A stretch of 64,000 bases of DNA from Octopus vulgaris. Taxonomy: Eukaryota. Position numbers and translations under genes: made by a program. Location of the stretch: NCBI GenBank assembly GCA_951406725.2, contig OX597833.1, positions 57,536,001 to 57,600,000 of the forward strand, given 5' to 3'. The notes under the pieces are model-generated. The model saw nothing but the letters and a program-made list of their open reading frames with translations. It did not search any database and had not been told where the DNA came from. Below are positions 64,000 through 64,000 of the stretch, in pieces; the stretch's first letter is position 1; the number at the start of each line of letters is the position of its first letter.

Positions 64000-64000
64000 A

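Overview
Repeat-saturated eukaryotic (metazoan) non-coding DNA. The microsatellite density and the tRNA-derived SINE families look like an octopus/cephalopod genome, but that is inference. I found no convincing host protein-coding exon, rRNA, true tRNA or CRISPR array, and almost all ORFs in the track are microsatellite artefacts. The real coding remnants are all transposable-element derived: a 5'-truncated CR1-type LINE reverse transcriptase (10500-11480) with a full-length mariner (11494-12784) inserted in its 3' UTR, a second mariner fragment, a maT/DD37D-like transposase remnant and the C-terminus of an R4/Dong-like RLE LINE. Non-autonomous elements include four SINE families (labelled A-D here, dozens of copies), mariner MITEs, GGATC-ended Merlin-like MITEs, a hAT element, a Helitron and a Helentron-associated element. 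The most interesting signals are: (1) a population of minimal type I hammerhead-ribozyme motifs of the Penelope/retrozyme kind, including a 384-bp palindrome with a U3-A8 variant hammerhead on each strand and a tandem pair 360 bp apart; (2) one SINE head joined to five different 3' tails, with hints of tail-linked target choice; (3) a duplicated non-coding module with an invariant 27-bp core; (4) a 27-bp minisatellite built from STAT/kappaB-like words. Coordinates were read by eye and may be off by a few bases.
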